From IMG/VR virus record IMGVR_UViG_3300037423_001042, positions 1 through 37,500 of that record: 37,500 nt of DNA; one strand, 5' to 3'. The stretch comes from a virus (lineage: Duplodnaviria; Caudoviricetes). Positions 1 to 8,640 of the stretch are shown in pieces. A model generated the notes under the pieces. It had not been told where the DNA came from, ran no database searches, and saw nothing but the letters and a program-made list of their open reading frames with translations. How positions within the stretch are numbered: the stretch's first letter is position 1; the number at the start of each line of letters is the position of its first letter. A program made the position numbers and the translations under genes.

Positions 1-1017
1 CTTGCCGACGGAGATGCCCTGCTGGTTGTCGTAATCGAAGCCCTTCTCGTTCCACTCGGGCGCGCCGATGTCGGCCATGCCCAGCGCCTGGGCGCCGCAG
101 AACAGAACCTGGCAGCCGTCGATCGTGCCGTCACCCCACTTGCTGCCCGAGGCTGCGCCGGAGGTGTTGAACACGTGACGGAACTCGTGCAGGTAGATGC
201 CGTCGATCTTGACCGAGGTGCCGGTGAACAGCTCGTTGCCGTTGCCGCGCTCTTGCGAGTGCCGCAGGTTCAGCATGTAGTTGCTGTCCATCTTCAGCTT
301 GGCCATCGCCGTCGGCGTGAGGAAGGCGTGGAACGTCTCGTCGCCGTTGCCGTCCTTGATGCCGCGGATGTACTTCTCCTTGGCGTACGCCTTCAGCTTC
401 ACGAACATCTCCCAGGTCGGGGTGTCCGCGGCCACCAGGTCGGAGGTGGCGGCGCCGGAGGTGATGAGGCCGGAGGTGGCGTCCCAGCGGGTCTTGCGGG
501 CAGTCGACGGAGCGGCCACGTCGGCGGCGAACTCCAGGAACTGCAGGTCGCTGCCGGTGCGGGCCGCGCCGTTGTTCTTGAAGGCGTACGACACGCCCGA
601 CAGGGTCAGGAAGGCCAGCTGGTCCATGCGGTCGGCCAGCCAGTAGGCCAGCACGTCGCGCGAGTTCTTGCGGAACTCGACGATCGACTTCTGGTTGGCC
701 ATCTTGCCTTCGTGGCGGTTGGCGTGACGCAGCTGGTCGATGCGGATGACCTGGTCGAAGGTCTGCATCGCCTCTTCGTTGCCTTCCAGCGTGCGGTCGC
801 CCGCGACGCCGTCGCCGGTCAGGTCGGCCAGCAGCGTGATCACAGCGCGAGCGCCCTTTTCGGACTGCTTCAGCTCGGTGATGTGCTGGATCATCGAGTT
901 CGGGCCATCGCCCAGGAACTTGTTGATGAACGCGTAGTTGCGCGCGTTCTTCCACAGGTCCATCGACCAAGCGGTTTTCTGCTCGGAGGTCAACAGACCG
1001 AAGTTGGTCAATGCCAT
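1..1017 (-). CDS. Major capsid protein, DUF4043 / N4-gp56-like family (3' end outside window)
   Basis: Not in the ORF track because it runs off the edge. Manual translation from ATG at 1017: MALTNFGLLTSEQKTAWSMDLWKNARNYAFINKFLGDGPNSMIQHITELKQSEKGARAVITLLADLTGDGVAGDRTLEGNEEAMQTFDQVIRIDQLRHA. GGGAG SD upstream; follows scaffold and portal. Confidence 0.9.
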   Translation of the reverse strand, partial: MALTNFGLLTSEQKTAWSMDLWKNARNYAFINKFLGDGPNSMIQHITELKQSEKGARAVITLLADLTGDGVAGDRTLEGNEEAMQTFDQVIRIDQLRHANRHEGKMANQKSIVEFRKNSRDVLAYWLADRMDQLAFLTLSGVSYAFKNNGAARTGSDLQFLEFAADVAAPSTARKTRWDATSGLITSGAATSDLVAADTPTWEMFVKLKAYAKEKYIRGIKDGNGDETFHAFLTPTAMAKLKMDSNYMLNLRHSQERGNGNELFTGTSVKIDGIYLHEFRHVFNTSGAASGSKWGDGTIDGCQVLFCGAQALGMADIGAPEWNEKGFDYDNQQGISVGK

Positions 1018-1024
1018 TTGGGCA

Positions 1025-1106
1025 CTCCCAGTCGAAGTTAGAGATGACTCATGGCTCGACGGATGTCGCTCCGACTGGCGAGGTGTTGCGGGGCTGTCGC
1101 GCCCGC
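1025..1106 (-). promoter_or_regulatory. Structured 5' leader of the capsid gene (two GCGACA-loop hairpins plus an alternative SD-sequestering stem)
   Basis: Minus strand GGGC-GCGACA-GCCC (1091-1104) and CGGA-GCGACA-TCCG (1060-1073); 1069-1082 is complementary to 1025-1037, which contains the SD. Confidence 0.5.
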
Positions 1107-1122
1107 CGGCGTCTTAGATCGA

Positions 1123-1152
1123 AATGTAGTCGAAAAAAGAGCCGCTTGACAA
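1123..1152 (-). promoter_or_regulatory. Putative sigma70-type promoter for the capsid gene
   Basis: Minus strand TTGTCA-18 nt-TACATT, immediately followed by the TTCGATCTA motif (1115-1123). Confidence 0.45.
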
Positions 1153-1161
1153 GCGGCTCTT
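1133..1161 (-). terminator. Rho-independent terminator upstream of the capsid gene
   Basis: Perfect inverted repeat AAGAGCCGCTT-GTC-AAGCGGCTCTT ending in a T6 run on the minus strand. Confidence 0.7.
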
Positions 1162-1244
1162 GAAAGAGGGTCTGGACCCCCTGGAGGAGACAAGCAGAGA
1201 AACACGAGTCGCTGAGAACGGCTCGCTTCGATCTTACTTCGATC

Positions 1245-1553
1245 CTAGACCTGCGGGCAATCGTTTTCGACGATGCAGATGCGTCCCGCGCGTCCGGTGC
1301 CCGCCAAGTCGGCCTTGCGCTCGACGGCCCTGCCCTCGCAGTACGCGCGCCCCAGCTCGGTCAAGCGCCACGTGGCCGACGTGCCACGTGGCCTGTGGCG
1401 GTCGGAGACCGGTACGGCGAGCCCATGGGCCCGGGCAACGCGCAAGGCGTCCTGCGTGGTTGTCAGGCCCACCGTGACGTCTTCGAAGGCGTCACGGGTG
1501 CCCTCGCCGCCGATGGCGTACAGGCGCTTCACGAGGATGCGCCATGCAGCCAC
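1245..1553 (-). CDS. Hypothetical protein, possible winged-helix DNA-binding protein (102 aa)
   Basis: GTG at 1553 with GGAGGA SD; C-terminal part of track ORF 1245..1790; WRLTELGRAY resembles the wHTH wing motif xLTxxG. Confidence 0.55.
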   Translation of the reverse strand: MAAWRILVKRLYAIGGEGTRDAFEDVTVGLTTTQDALRVARAHGLAVPVSDRHRPRGTSATWRLTELGRAYCEGRAVERKADLAGTGRAGRICIVENDCPQV

Positions 1554-1557
1554 CTGC

Positions 1558-1836
1558 TCAGTCCTCCTGCTCCAGCGGGAACGCCACGATGGGCGCCGCG
1601 TAGTGCCGCGGTCGCTCGGCCTTGAATACGTCAGCTGCGGCCCGGTTGCGGAACAGCGGCACCCCCATGTGGCACACCGGCGGCGAGCCGTCGGGGAACA
1701 CGGTCGTGTTGACGAAGACCTTGGACTCGTCCAGGTCCTTCGGGTTGGCCACGTATGTGACCACGCCCGGGTGCTCGCTGTGGCCCGCACTGAACGGGCC
1801 CTGGACGACGATCGACATGCCGAGGTAGGGTTTCAC
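1558..1836 (-). CDS. Hypothetical phage protein (92 aa)
   Basis: GTGA overlap with the scaffold stop; HPGVVTYV...VNTTVFPD pattern typical of small phage beta-proteins. Confidence 0.7.
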   Translation of the reverse strand: MKPYLGMSIVVQGPFSAGHSEHPGVVTYVANPKDLDESKVFVNTTVFPDGSPPVCHMGVPLFRNRAAADVFKAERPRHYAAPIVAFPLEQED

Positions 1837-2828
1837 AGCTCATCCCCCCGGAGCCTGGCCAGCTCCTTCTCGTCGAGCTTGGCGAAGTCGGCCTGGCTCA
1901 GCTTCATCACGTCGACCGCCTTCGCGTCGTTGTTGTCCGAGCCGACACGGGCGGTACTGGGCGGCTGCTTGCCAGCCACCTCGGCGTTCTTCTTGCGCTG
2001 CGCGGCGGCACGGTCGGCGGCGACCTTCTTCGCGACGTCGTCCTTGTCCACGCGCGCCTCGGACTCCACGGCGCGCTCCTGGGCCTTGGTCTCGGGCTCG
2101 CCCAGCACGTACTTGACCGCGCGCTGCAGGGCCTTGGACGGCGGATAGCCGCGCGCCAGGAACGACTGGTGCAGGTCCAGCACCTCGTCGTACTTGGCCT
2201 GGTCGTAGTCGTCGTGGTCGGGGTTGAGCTGCGGGAAGGCGGCCTCCACGCGCTCCAGTGTCATGTCGTAGCGCACCCGCTCGGCCGCGCGCGCCTCGGC
2301 CGCCTGGATCTCCATGGTGGCCTGCTTCTGCACGATGCCGCGCTCGGCCTTGCGGATCTTGGCCATCAGCTCGCTGGCCTTGTCCAGCTCGCCCTCGCCC
2401 AGCAGCTTGGCGTACTGCTGCTCCATCTTGAGCAGCTCGTTCTCGGCCTCGGTGATGTCCTCGTTGATCGCTGCGACCTGCTGGCCCTGCTTGTAGCGCT
2501 GCAGCTCCTCTTCGAGCTTGGCGCGCGCGGCGCGCTCGCGCTCGATGATCTCCTTGTGGCGCTTGAGCGGGATGCGCGAGTCCTTGCCCTTGGGCTTCTT
2601 CTCGTCCTCGTCCTTCTTCTCCTCGTCCTCGTCGTCGGCTTTCGGGTCTTCCTCGGACTCGTCGTCACCCAGGACGAGCTTCTTCTCGTCGTCGGTGGGC
2701 TCGTCGGTCGCGCCCTTCTTGGCGTCGGCGCCAGTGGGCTCGAAGTCGTCGCCGAAGTCGGCGCCGCCGCCGGCGTCAGCCTCGCCGGCCGGCGCCAGAT
2801 AGGGGTGCAAGAGCTTCTTGATGAGCAT
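1833..2828 (-). CDS. Probable head scaffolding protein (331 aa)
   Basis: Acidic N-terminus, RIPLKRHKE motif, long coiled coil, C-terminal KLSQADFAKLDEKELARLRGD; lies between portal and capsid. Confidence 0.75.
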   Translation of the reverse strand: MLIKKLLHPYLAPAGEADAGGGADFGDDFEPTGADAKKGATDEPTDDEKKLVLGDDESEEDPKADDEDEEKKDEDEKKPKGKDSRIPLKRHKEIIERERAARAKLEEELQRYKQGQQVAAINEDITEAENELLKMEQQYAKLLGEGELDKASELMAKIRKAERGIVQKQATMEIQAAEARAAERVRYDMTLERVEAAFPQLNPDHDDYDQAKYDEVLDLHQSFLARGYPPSKALQRAVKYVLGEPETKAQERAVESEARVDKDDVAKKVAADRAAAQRKKNAEVAGKQPPSTARVGSDNNDAKAVDVMKLSQADFAKLDEKELARLRGDEL

Positions 2829-2843
2829 GAGGGGTCCTTGAGG

Positions 2844-2900
2844 TCAGAAGGTGAAGACGATGCGCAGCCACAGCGGCCACGCGAGCAGGAAGAAGAGCAT
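2844..2900 (-). CDS. Putative 18-aa hydrophobic micropeptide
   Basis: MLFFLLAWPLWLRIVFTF; GAGGA SD; fills the gap between neighbours with preferred codons. Confidence 0.4.
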   Translation of the reverse strand: MLFFLLAWPLWLRIVFTF

Positions 2901-2902
2901 GG

Positions 2903-3283
2903 TCAGCAGTCCTCGGGGGCGATCGTGGTGACCGGGCGGGTCGTGCCGTTGTAGACACCCTCGCCCTTGATGTCATAGAAGATGAACGGGAACGGCCCGC
3001 TGTGCGACGTGCCCGCAGGTGCCTCGCCCCTGAGGATGGCGCTGCACTCCCAGCGCCAGTGCATGCCGCAGTCCCTCGGGTACGCCAGGCCGGCGCCGCA
3101 GTCGCAGCGGTTCTTCGCCGCGTAGAGCAGCTCGTCGTCGCTGAAGCCGGGGTGCAGCGACGACGGGCCTTTGCGCGCAAGGGACTCGGCGCGCGACTCG
3201 ACTTCGTTGGCGCGAGCAGCGCGCTCCTGGCGTCGCCGCTCGTGGATGGCGTCGGCCGCGGCGAGGATCTCGTCGTCGGTCAT
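2903..3283 (-). CDS. Hypothetical Cys-rich (Zn-ribbon-like) protein (126 aa)
   Basis: CDCG...CG...WEC pattern; ATGA overlap with upstream gene. Confidence 0.7.
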   Translation of the reverse strand: MTDDEILAAADAIHERRRQERAARANEVESRAESLARKGPSSLHPGFSDDELLYAAKNRCDCGAGLAYPRDCGMHWRWECSAILRGEAPAGTSHSGPFPFIFYDIKGEGVYNGTTRPVTTIAPEDC

Positions 3284-3774
3284 GCGGCGTCCTCAGCAGC
3301 GTCGAGGGCAAGAGCGCCGGCAGCTGCGAGGTCAGCACGAAGCTCGGCACGGGCTTCTGGGCTCATTGCCGCAATTGCGTCGGCGCGCTGGAGGTGACTG
3401 CGCAGCTCGTAGCCCATCAGCGGCCAGATCTTGTTGACCGCGTTCTGGCGGGCGATCTTGCGGCCGATCTCGGCGTCGAAGTTCTCAGGGCTGGCGCAGG
3501 CCGACTCGCCGGTGACGGTGAAGCCGTTGGCCAGCACCAGCACGCAGAAGGTCAGTAGGTCGAGCGCACGAGGGGGCGCGACGTTCGGCGGGACGTTGAT
3601 GACCCGCCCTGGCTGTCCGGCGTACTCGATCGCATCGCCGGCGGTGAAGTAGTGCTCGCTGGCGATGTTGCGCTCAATGTCGGCCGGCGTGACGCGCGGC
3701 GCGGTCAGGCCCTTGGCCACGATCTGATGCTCGATGCTGGCATCGTCACCAGTGCCGGATTGAACTCGGTGCAT
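3280..3774 (-). CDS. Phage N4 Gp49 / Sf6 Gp66 family protein (possible Acb4-like nucleotide-signal sponge)
   Basis: Family signature LTFCVLVLANGFTVTGESACASPENFDAEIGRKIARQNAVNKIWPLMGYEL. Confidence 0.85.
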   Translation of the reverse strand: MHRVQSGTGDDASIEHQIVAKGLTAPRVTPADIERNIASEHYFTAGDAIEYAGQPGRVINVPPNVAPPRALDLLTFCVLVLANGFTVTGESACASPENFDAEIGRKIARQNAVNKIWPLMGYELRSHLQRADAIAAMSPEARAELRADLAAAGALALDAAEDAA

Positions 3775-3777
3775 GCG

Positions 3778-5931
3778 TCACTTCTCCTTGGGGTTGGCGG
3801 GCTGCTGGCCCTGGGGGTTGGAAGCCGCCTGGGCGGCCTGCTGGACACGAATCTGGCGCTCGGTGGCCGCTTGCTCGGCCTTCAGCGCCGCGTCTTGCTG
3901 GGCCTGCTCGCGCTCCAGCTGCATCTTGTGGTGCAGCTCCTGGTAGTCGAGCTGGACCTGGTGCTGGAACTTGCGGTCCTCCAGCGCGATGTCGGCCTCG
4001 ACCTCGCGCTCCTTGGCCGCCGCGCCGTTGTCCTCCGGTGGCGTGATGGCCTCCTTGTGGGCCTTCACGCGCTCGGTCTCGGTCTTGGCCTGGCGCAGCT
4101 GCGCGTCGGCGTGCTTGCCGGCGGCCTCGCCTTCGAGCTTGCTGACCTCGGCTTCCTGCGCGCGGCGCTGCAGCTCGGCCTGCTCCTGCGCCTCGGGCGA
4201 GTTCTGGTCGCCCTGCATCTGCTTCAAGATCTCGCTCTTGCGCATCAGGCGGCTGTTCTCGATCAGCACCGTGTCGGGGATAGGCACGCCCAGCTCCTTC
4301 AGCGCCACGGCCTGGTCGAACTGGCTGTCCTCCAGGGTCTCGCGCTGCGGCACCGAGCTCACCACCACGTCGTACTCGCCCAGGGTCAGGTCGTTGAGGA
4401 CCTCCCCCGTGGCCGGGTCCGCCTGGTTCACGCGGAACGTCTCGTGGTCGCCGGTGAGCTTGTCGTGCGTGATCGTGAGGATGCGCTCCTCGGTGTAGAA
4501 CTCCTGCACCAGGTCGAGCACGTTGCGCGCGAGGATGAAGTCGGTGCGGGTGAGCGAGTCCAGCGGCTTGACGATGTTCGTCTGGGCAGCCTGGCGCTTG
4601 GCCTGGATCGCCTTGGCGGCCACGTCCTCGCGGTCGAAGCCCTGCACGCTGTCGGGCACGCCGGAGATCGACTTGATGTGCTCCTCGGCCTTGTACGACA
4701 CGCGGTCCAGGCCGGTGGGCATCGCGTTCGGGGTGATCTTCTCGATCGCGTTGGCGACGTCGTCGCTGACCTCGATCACCACGCCGGTCTCGGCGCCGCG
4801 CAGGGTCAGCTCCTCGACCGACATGTTGACCAGCGAGCCGGCCTTGACGATGTAGCCGGAGTTGGCCGTCGTGTTGATGACGTGCAGCTCCTGGCTGGAG
4901 ACCTTGTTGAGCAGCTCCTGCGGGCCCAGCAGGTTCTCCACCAGGCCGATCGTGCGGCCGTGGCGGAAGTACGGGAAGTACGGCACCACGGTGAAGTGCT
5001 TGTACGGGCTCCAGTCGTCGTGCAGCACGACGTTGCCAGCGATCACGCACCAGCGGATGCGGCGCACGAGCTTGGGCACCACCTGCAGCCCGATGTTGTC
5101 GACGAACCAGGCGATCTTGTTGCGGTCCCAGCTGTCGGGGATCGGGCGCATGTCGCCGGTCTGCGGCGCCAGGAACCACTTCTGGCGGTCCAGCTGGCGG
5201 TACTGCCGCTCGATGACCCGCACGTTGCGCAGCACGTTGGAGTCGTCGTAGGTGCCGGTGTAGTTCGGGTTGTGCGGGTTGCCACCGAAGCGATCGCGCG
5301 ACCAGTCCATCGCGTCGAGCACGTACGGCCCGGCGTTGTCCTTGTTGCGCAGGAGCTCGGCGTCGTCCTTGGAGTACAGAACCGCGATGTCGTCGGCCGT
5401 GAGCCACTTCGTGATGAACACGTCGGCCCAGGTGTCGGGGTCGTAGTCGTCCGCGTCGGCGTCGACCATGACGTTCTTCGGGTTCAACTTCTCGACGCGG
5501 ACCTCGCCCTGCATCGAGTCGTTGAAGTCGATGCGCACGTCCAGGAACCCGCGGCTGGTGATGCAGCCGTCGGCGAACAGGTCCGAGCGCTTCCAGTCGA
5601 GCTGGTTGTTGTCGCTGATCTGCTTGAAGACCTTGGTGAGGACCTCGGCGGTCTCGGACGGCGCGCCCGAGCGGGGTCGAAATGCGATCTCGCTACGGTT
5701 GTAGATCTGCTCGCCCATCACGTTGGCGATGGTCGACAAGATCTTGTTGATCGTCAGCGCCGGGCGCTTGGCGGCCTTCAGCGCGGCCACGTCCTGCGGC
5801 GCCCACTGTTGGCCGGCAAAGAACATCTCGCACTGGTCGGCCTTGAGCACGAAGTTCTTGTGCCCGCCGGTGTCGCGCAGGTAGACGTAGCGGTTCCAGA
5901 TCTTCTCGGTCAGCGCGGTGTCGATGGGCAT
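3778..5931 (-). CDS. Portal protein (P22/N4-like podoviral type, 717 aa)
   Basis: Start MPIDTALTEK at 5931; FFAGQQW...RPALTINKI, FTVVPYF...GLVENLLGPQELLNK motifs; C-terminal coiled coil; downstream of TerL. Confidence 0.9.
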   Translation of the reverse strand: MPIDTALTEKIWNRYVYLRDTGGHKNFVLKADQCEMFFAGQQWAPQDVAALKAAKRPALTINKILSTIANVMGEQIYNRSEIAFRPRSGAPSETAEVLTKVFKQISDNNQLDWKRSDLFADGCITSRGFLDVRIDFNDSMQGEVRVEKLNPKNVMVDADADDYDPDTWADVFITKWLTADDIAVLYSKDDAELLRNKDNAGPYVLDAMDWSRDRFGGNPHNPNYTGTYDDSNVLRNVRVIERQYRQLDRQKWFLAPQTGDMRPIPDSWDRNKIAWFVDNIGLQVVPKLVRRIRWCVIAGNVVLHDDWSPYKHFTVVPYFPYFRHGRTIGLVENLLGPQELLNKVSSQELHVINTTANSGYIVKAGSLVNMSVEELTLRGAETGVVIEVSDDVANAIEKITPNAMPTGLDRVSYKAEEHIKSISGVPDSVQGFDREDVAAKAIQAKRQAAQTNIVKPLDSLTRTDFILARNVLDLVQEFYTEERILTITHDKLTGDHETFRVNQADPATGEVLNDLTLGEYDVVVSSVPQRETLEDSQFDQAVALKELGVPIPDTVLIENSRLMRKSEILKQMQGDQNSPEAQEQAELQRRAQEAEVSKLEGEAAGKHADAQLRQAKTETERVKAHKEAITPPEDNGAAAKEREVEADIALEDRKFQHQVQLDYQELHHKMQLEREQAQQDAALKAEQAATERQIRVQQAAQAASNPQGQQPANPKEK

Positions 5932-5933
5932 GG

Positions 5934-6293
5934 CTATGCGAGCTGGGTGAGCTTGTAGATCGCTCGGTCGCACACCGAGGTGATTTCGTCGACGAGGTTC
6001 TCCAGCTCGCGCTGGCCTTTGCAGACACCCGTCCGGTTGGAATGAAGCCACTCACGCAGCTCGGCGATCGGCGCCAGGCCGCCCTTGGGCAGCGGCACGT
6101 CGGGGAAGTTCTTGACCGGGCCGAACACACCCTGGAAGCACTCGATGAAGGCGTCGGCCTTGTCGATCACGTCCTCGTAGAACGCCTCCAGCGCGACGTG
6201 CTGGGCGTAGCTCTTTGTGGTGAGGTGGGCGAAGTGCGCCGCGGTGCGCACGGCGAACACGCGGGCGACCAGCTCGGCGGCCTGCGTGCTCAC
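5934..6293 (-). CDS. Ferritin/Dps-like four-helix protein (DUF5856-like, 119 aa)
   Basis: GTG at 6293; HFAHLTTKSYAQHVALEAFYEDVIDKADAFIECFQG and ENLVDEI...YKL. Confidence 0.75.
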   Translation of the reverse strand: MSTQAAELVARVFAVRTAAHFAHLTTKSYAQHVALEAFYEDVIDKADAFIECFQGVFGPVKNFPDVPLPKGGLAPIAELREWLHSNRTGVCKGQRELENLVDEITSVCDRAIYKLTQLA

Positions 6294-6631
6294 TGCACGG
6301 CTCCGTTCTGGAGCGGCCGGTCGCCGCACACGATCGTGCCGGGCGGCCAATCGTTGGGCGCGCCGTACAGCTCGCGCCTGGGTGCGTAGCGCGGTCCGTT
6401 GTGGGGCCACTCGAAAGGCGTCTTCTTCGGCATCTTGTCGAGCAGGTCCTGCAAGCTCGGCGCCGGCTGCGCCTTCTGCGCCGGCTGCGCCTTCTGCGCC
6501 GGCGGTGCGGGCTGCTTGCCAACCTCGTCGAGCTGCTTCTTGATGCGCTCCCAGCGCTCGGCGTTTGGCGGCTCGTCGCCGAGCGCGTCAGCGACGCCCT
6601 TGAGCCAGGTGCAGAAGTCGTGCGGGGTCAA
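6290..6631 (-). CDS. Hypothetical phage protein (113 aa)
   Basis: TTG start with GGGGAG SD; MTPHDFCTWLKG...PPNAERWERIKKQL; internal AQKAQP tandem repeat. Confidence 0.7.
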   Translation of the reverse strand: MTPHDFCTWLKGVADALGDEPPNAERWERIKKQLDEVGKQPAPPAQKAQPAQKAQPAPSLQDLLDKMPKKTPFEWPHNGPRYAPRRELYGAPNDWPPGTIVCGDRPLQNGAVQ

Positions 6632-6720
6632 CGCTGCTTCTCCCCGGCGTAGCGGATCTGAAAGATGAGCGTCTTGACGGCCATCGCGACCGGGGTGAGC
6701 TTGAACGGGGCTCGAAGCAC
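6628..6720 (-). CDS. Small ORF (30 aa)
   Basis: AAGGAG-7 nt-GTG; MLRAPFKLTPVAMAVKTLIFQIRYAGEKQR; stop overlaps the next start (TTGA). Confidence 0.55.
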   Translation of the reverse strand: MLRAPFKLTPVAMAVKTLIFQIRYAGEKQR

Positions 6721-6732
6721 TGGAGGACTCCT

Positions 6733-8640
6733 TCACGCGGACATGTGGCTCAAGCCACCGCCGCCTACGCCGCGCAGACGGTCTTTCCACGACTTCGGCT
6801 GGGGCGCCTGGGCCTTGCGCGGCGGTTCCTTGCCCATCGCCAGCTGAGTCATCCAGGCCAGCGAGTCGACGCAGTCGTCGTGGACGCCGGCCGGGAAGCG
6901 CAGCATCTCGGCCCTGACCACGTCGTACCAGCTCGCCTGGTCGTTGAAGCTCACCATGCCCTGCTGCATGCGCCCTTGCAGGGGCCGGGCGCGCGCCATC
7001 TTGTCGGTGATCGGCTTCAGGACCTCGATGGCCGGGTAGATGCGCCGCTCGCGCATGCGCTTCTTCAGAAGCGAGTCGATCGCGCGGTAGATCTGCCCAT
7101 CCTCGAAGCCCAGAATCAGGGTCGGACTGTACCACTTCGTAGTGAGATCCAAAATAGATTCCACGATGAAGAAGGCGTCCCCGGACTTGAAGCGCACCAC
7201 CTCGGCGACGTGCAGCACGTCGTCGGTGTCCTGCAGCCCGACGGTGCCGACCGTGTAGTCGTTCTGCTTCTTCTCGCTGATCGCAAAGTCCCACGCGATA
7301 TACACGCGCGACTCCTTGCGGCTGGGAATCTGCCCGCGGCGAAACTGGTCCTTGGTGAAATAGCTGCCGTCGTCGGGGACGGGGTTCTGCTGGTATAGCG
7401 CCGACCACCAACGGCCATCCGTGCCGTCACCTTTTCGGTTCAGCGCGCGAATCTTGGCGAGTTTCTTCGTGTCGTAGCGGCTGGGGTGCAGCGCGTCGCC
7501 TTTTCGGCGCAGCAGCCTGGCTGTCGGGGGCGGAGTTTCCTCGGCCGACGGGCGCAAGATACTGCCGTCCTCGGCCAGGTACTCGTCGTTTTCCGCCAGC
7601 GCCGGGTACTTGATGACCTCGAACTGGTCGACGTCCTCGTCGTCGATACCCGCGTTGGCCATCATCTGCTGGAGCCGCCCGGCCAGGTCGTCGTCGTGCC
7701 ACCAGGTCTGGATCACCAGCACGCCGCCGCCGGGCGCCAGGCGCGTGTAGGCGGTCGACAGATACCACTCCCAGATCTTCTCGCGCGCATCGGCCGAGTC
7801 GGCTTCCTCGGCGTTCTTCACCGGGTCGTCGATCACCAGCACGTGCGCACCCTTGCCGGTGATCGGGCCGCCGATGCCCGCGGCCACGTAGCCGCCGCGC
7901 CGGTTGTGGATGCCCCACTCCTCGGTCGAACCGTTGTTCGGGTCGATCCGCGTGTCGGCGAACACCGTCTGGTAGCTCGGGTCCTCGATGATCTGCTTGA
8001 CCTTGCGCGAGAACCCCATCGCCAGGCTCAGGTTGTACGAGCAGGCGATGAACTCGTGGTCGGGGTAGCGGCCCAGGTGCCAGGGCGGGAAGTTCTTGCT
8101 TGCCAGCTCGCTCTTGCCGTGCCGCGGGGGCATCAGCAGCATGAGGCGCGGGCTCTTGCCGGCTGCCACGTCGTCGCTGAACTTCTCCAGGCGGCGGCAG
8201 ATGTCCTCGTGCACCCAGCCCGCGTCGTAGCGGTCGTTCAGCCGCTGCACGAAGGGCAGCAGGCGCCGGCGCGACAGGATGCGGCTGGCCATCTCCTTCT
8301 CGACGGCCAGGCGCTTCGGGTTCAGCGGCGGCAGCGGGGCGGTGTTCTCTTCGGAGGCCCTGGCGTGGGCCAGCTGCGCCTCGTAATCGGGGTCAAAACG
8401 GGATGGCTCCTGGCCAAGCGTCTCGGATGGCGTCTGCGATGTCGGCGAAGGCAGCTCCGTCTCGGTCGTAGTGGGTGCAGAGGTACTCGACGGCTTGCTT
8501 CGCATCGAGCGGGCTGTGGCAGTAACCCCAGATTGCTTCGACGGCGTCGTTTCGCCAGCAGTCGTACGGCTCGTCGCGCTCGCGCGCTTCTTCGCTGGGG
8601 TACTCGATGCCTTTTTCGTCGAAGTACGAGCCTTCATCAC
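6733..8640 (-). CDS. terL: Terminase large subunit (5' end uncertain; see frameshift finding)
   Basis: Walker A MPPRHGKS, Walker B VLVIDDP, IQTWWH coupling motif, nuclease AWDFA...HDDCVDSL. The first ~80 codons of this frame look non-coding. Confidence 0.95.
   Translation of the reverse strand: MMKARTSTKKASSTPAKKRASATSRTTAGETTPSKQSGVTATARSMRSKPSSTSAPTTTETELPSPTSQTPSETLGQEPSRFDPDYEAQLAHARASEENTAPLPPLNPKRLAVEKEMASRILSRRRLLPFVQRLNDRYDAGWVHEDICRRLEKFSDDVAAGKSPRLMLLMPPRHGKSELASKNFPPWHLGRYPDHEFIACSYNLSLAMGFSRKVKQIIEDPSYQTVFADTRIDPNNGSTEEWGIHNRRGGYVAAGIGGPITGKGAHVLVIDDPVKNAEEADSADAREKIWEWYLSTAYTRLAPGGGVLVIQTWWHDDDLAGRLQQMMANAGIDDEDVDQFEVIKYPALAENDEYLAEDGSILRPSAEETPPPTARLLRRKGDALHPSRYDTKKLAKIRALNRKGDGTDGRWWSALYQQNPVPDDGSYFTKDQFRRGQIPSRKESRVYIAWDFAISEKKQNDYTVGTVGLQDTDDVLHVAEVVRFKSGDAFFIVESILDLTTKWYSPTLILGFEDGQIYRAIDSLLKKRMRERRIYPAIEVLKPITDKMARARPLQGRMQQGMVSFNDQASWYDVVRAEMLRFPAGVHDDCVDSLAWMTQLAMGKEPPRKAQAPQPKSWKDRLRGVGGGGLSHMSA

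Noticed and set aside
131-1041. Track ORFs 131..970 (-) and 175..1041 (+)
   Set aside because: Off-frame and antisense shadows of the capsid gene, which lies in another minus frame starting at 1017.
1146-1151. Plus-strand TTGACA as an antisense promoter
   Set aside because: No -10 hexamer at 16-18 nt; it arises from the terminator palindrome.
3652-5958. 768-aa plus-strand ORF
   Set aside because: Antisense shadow of the portal gene, expected in high-GC DNA; no motifs or SD.
6460-6503. 18-bp tandem repeat (AQKAQP)
   Set aside because: Low-complexity coding linker with about 2.5 copies; not an array.
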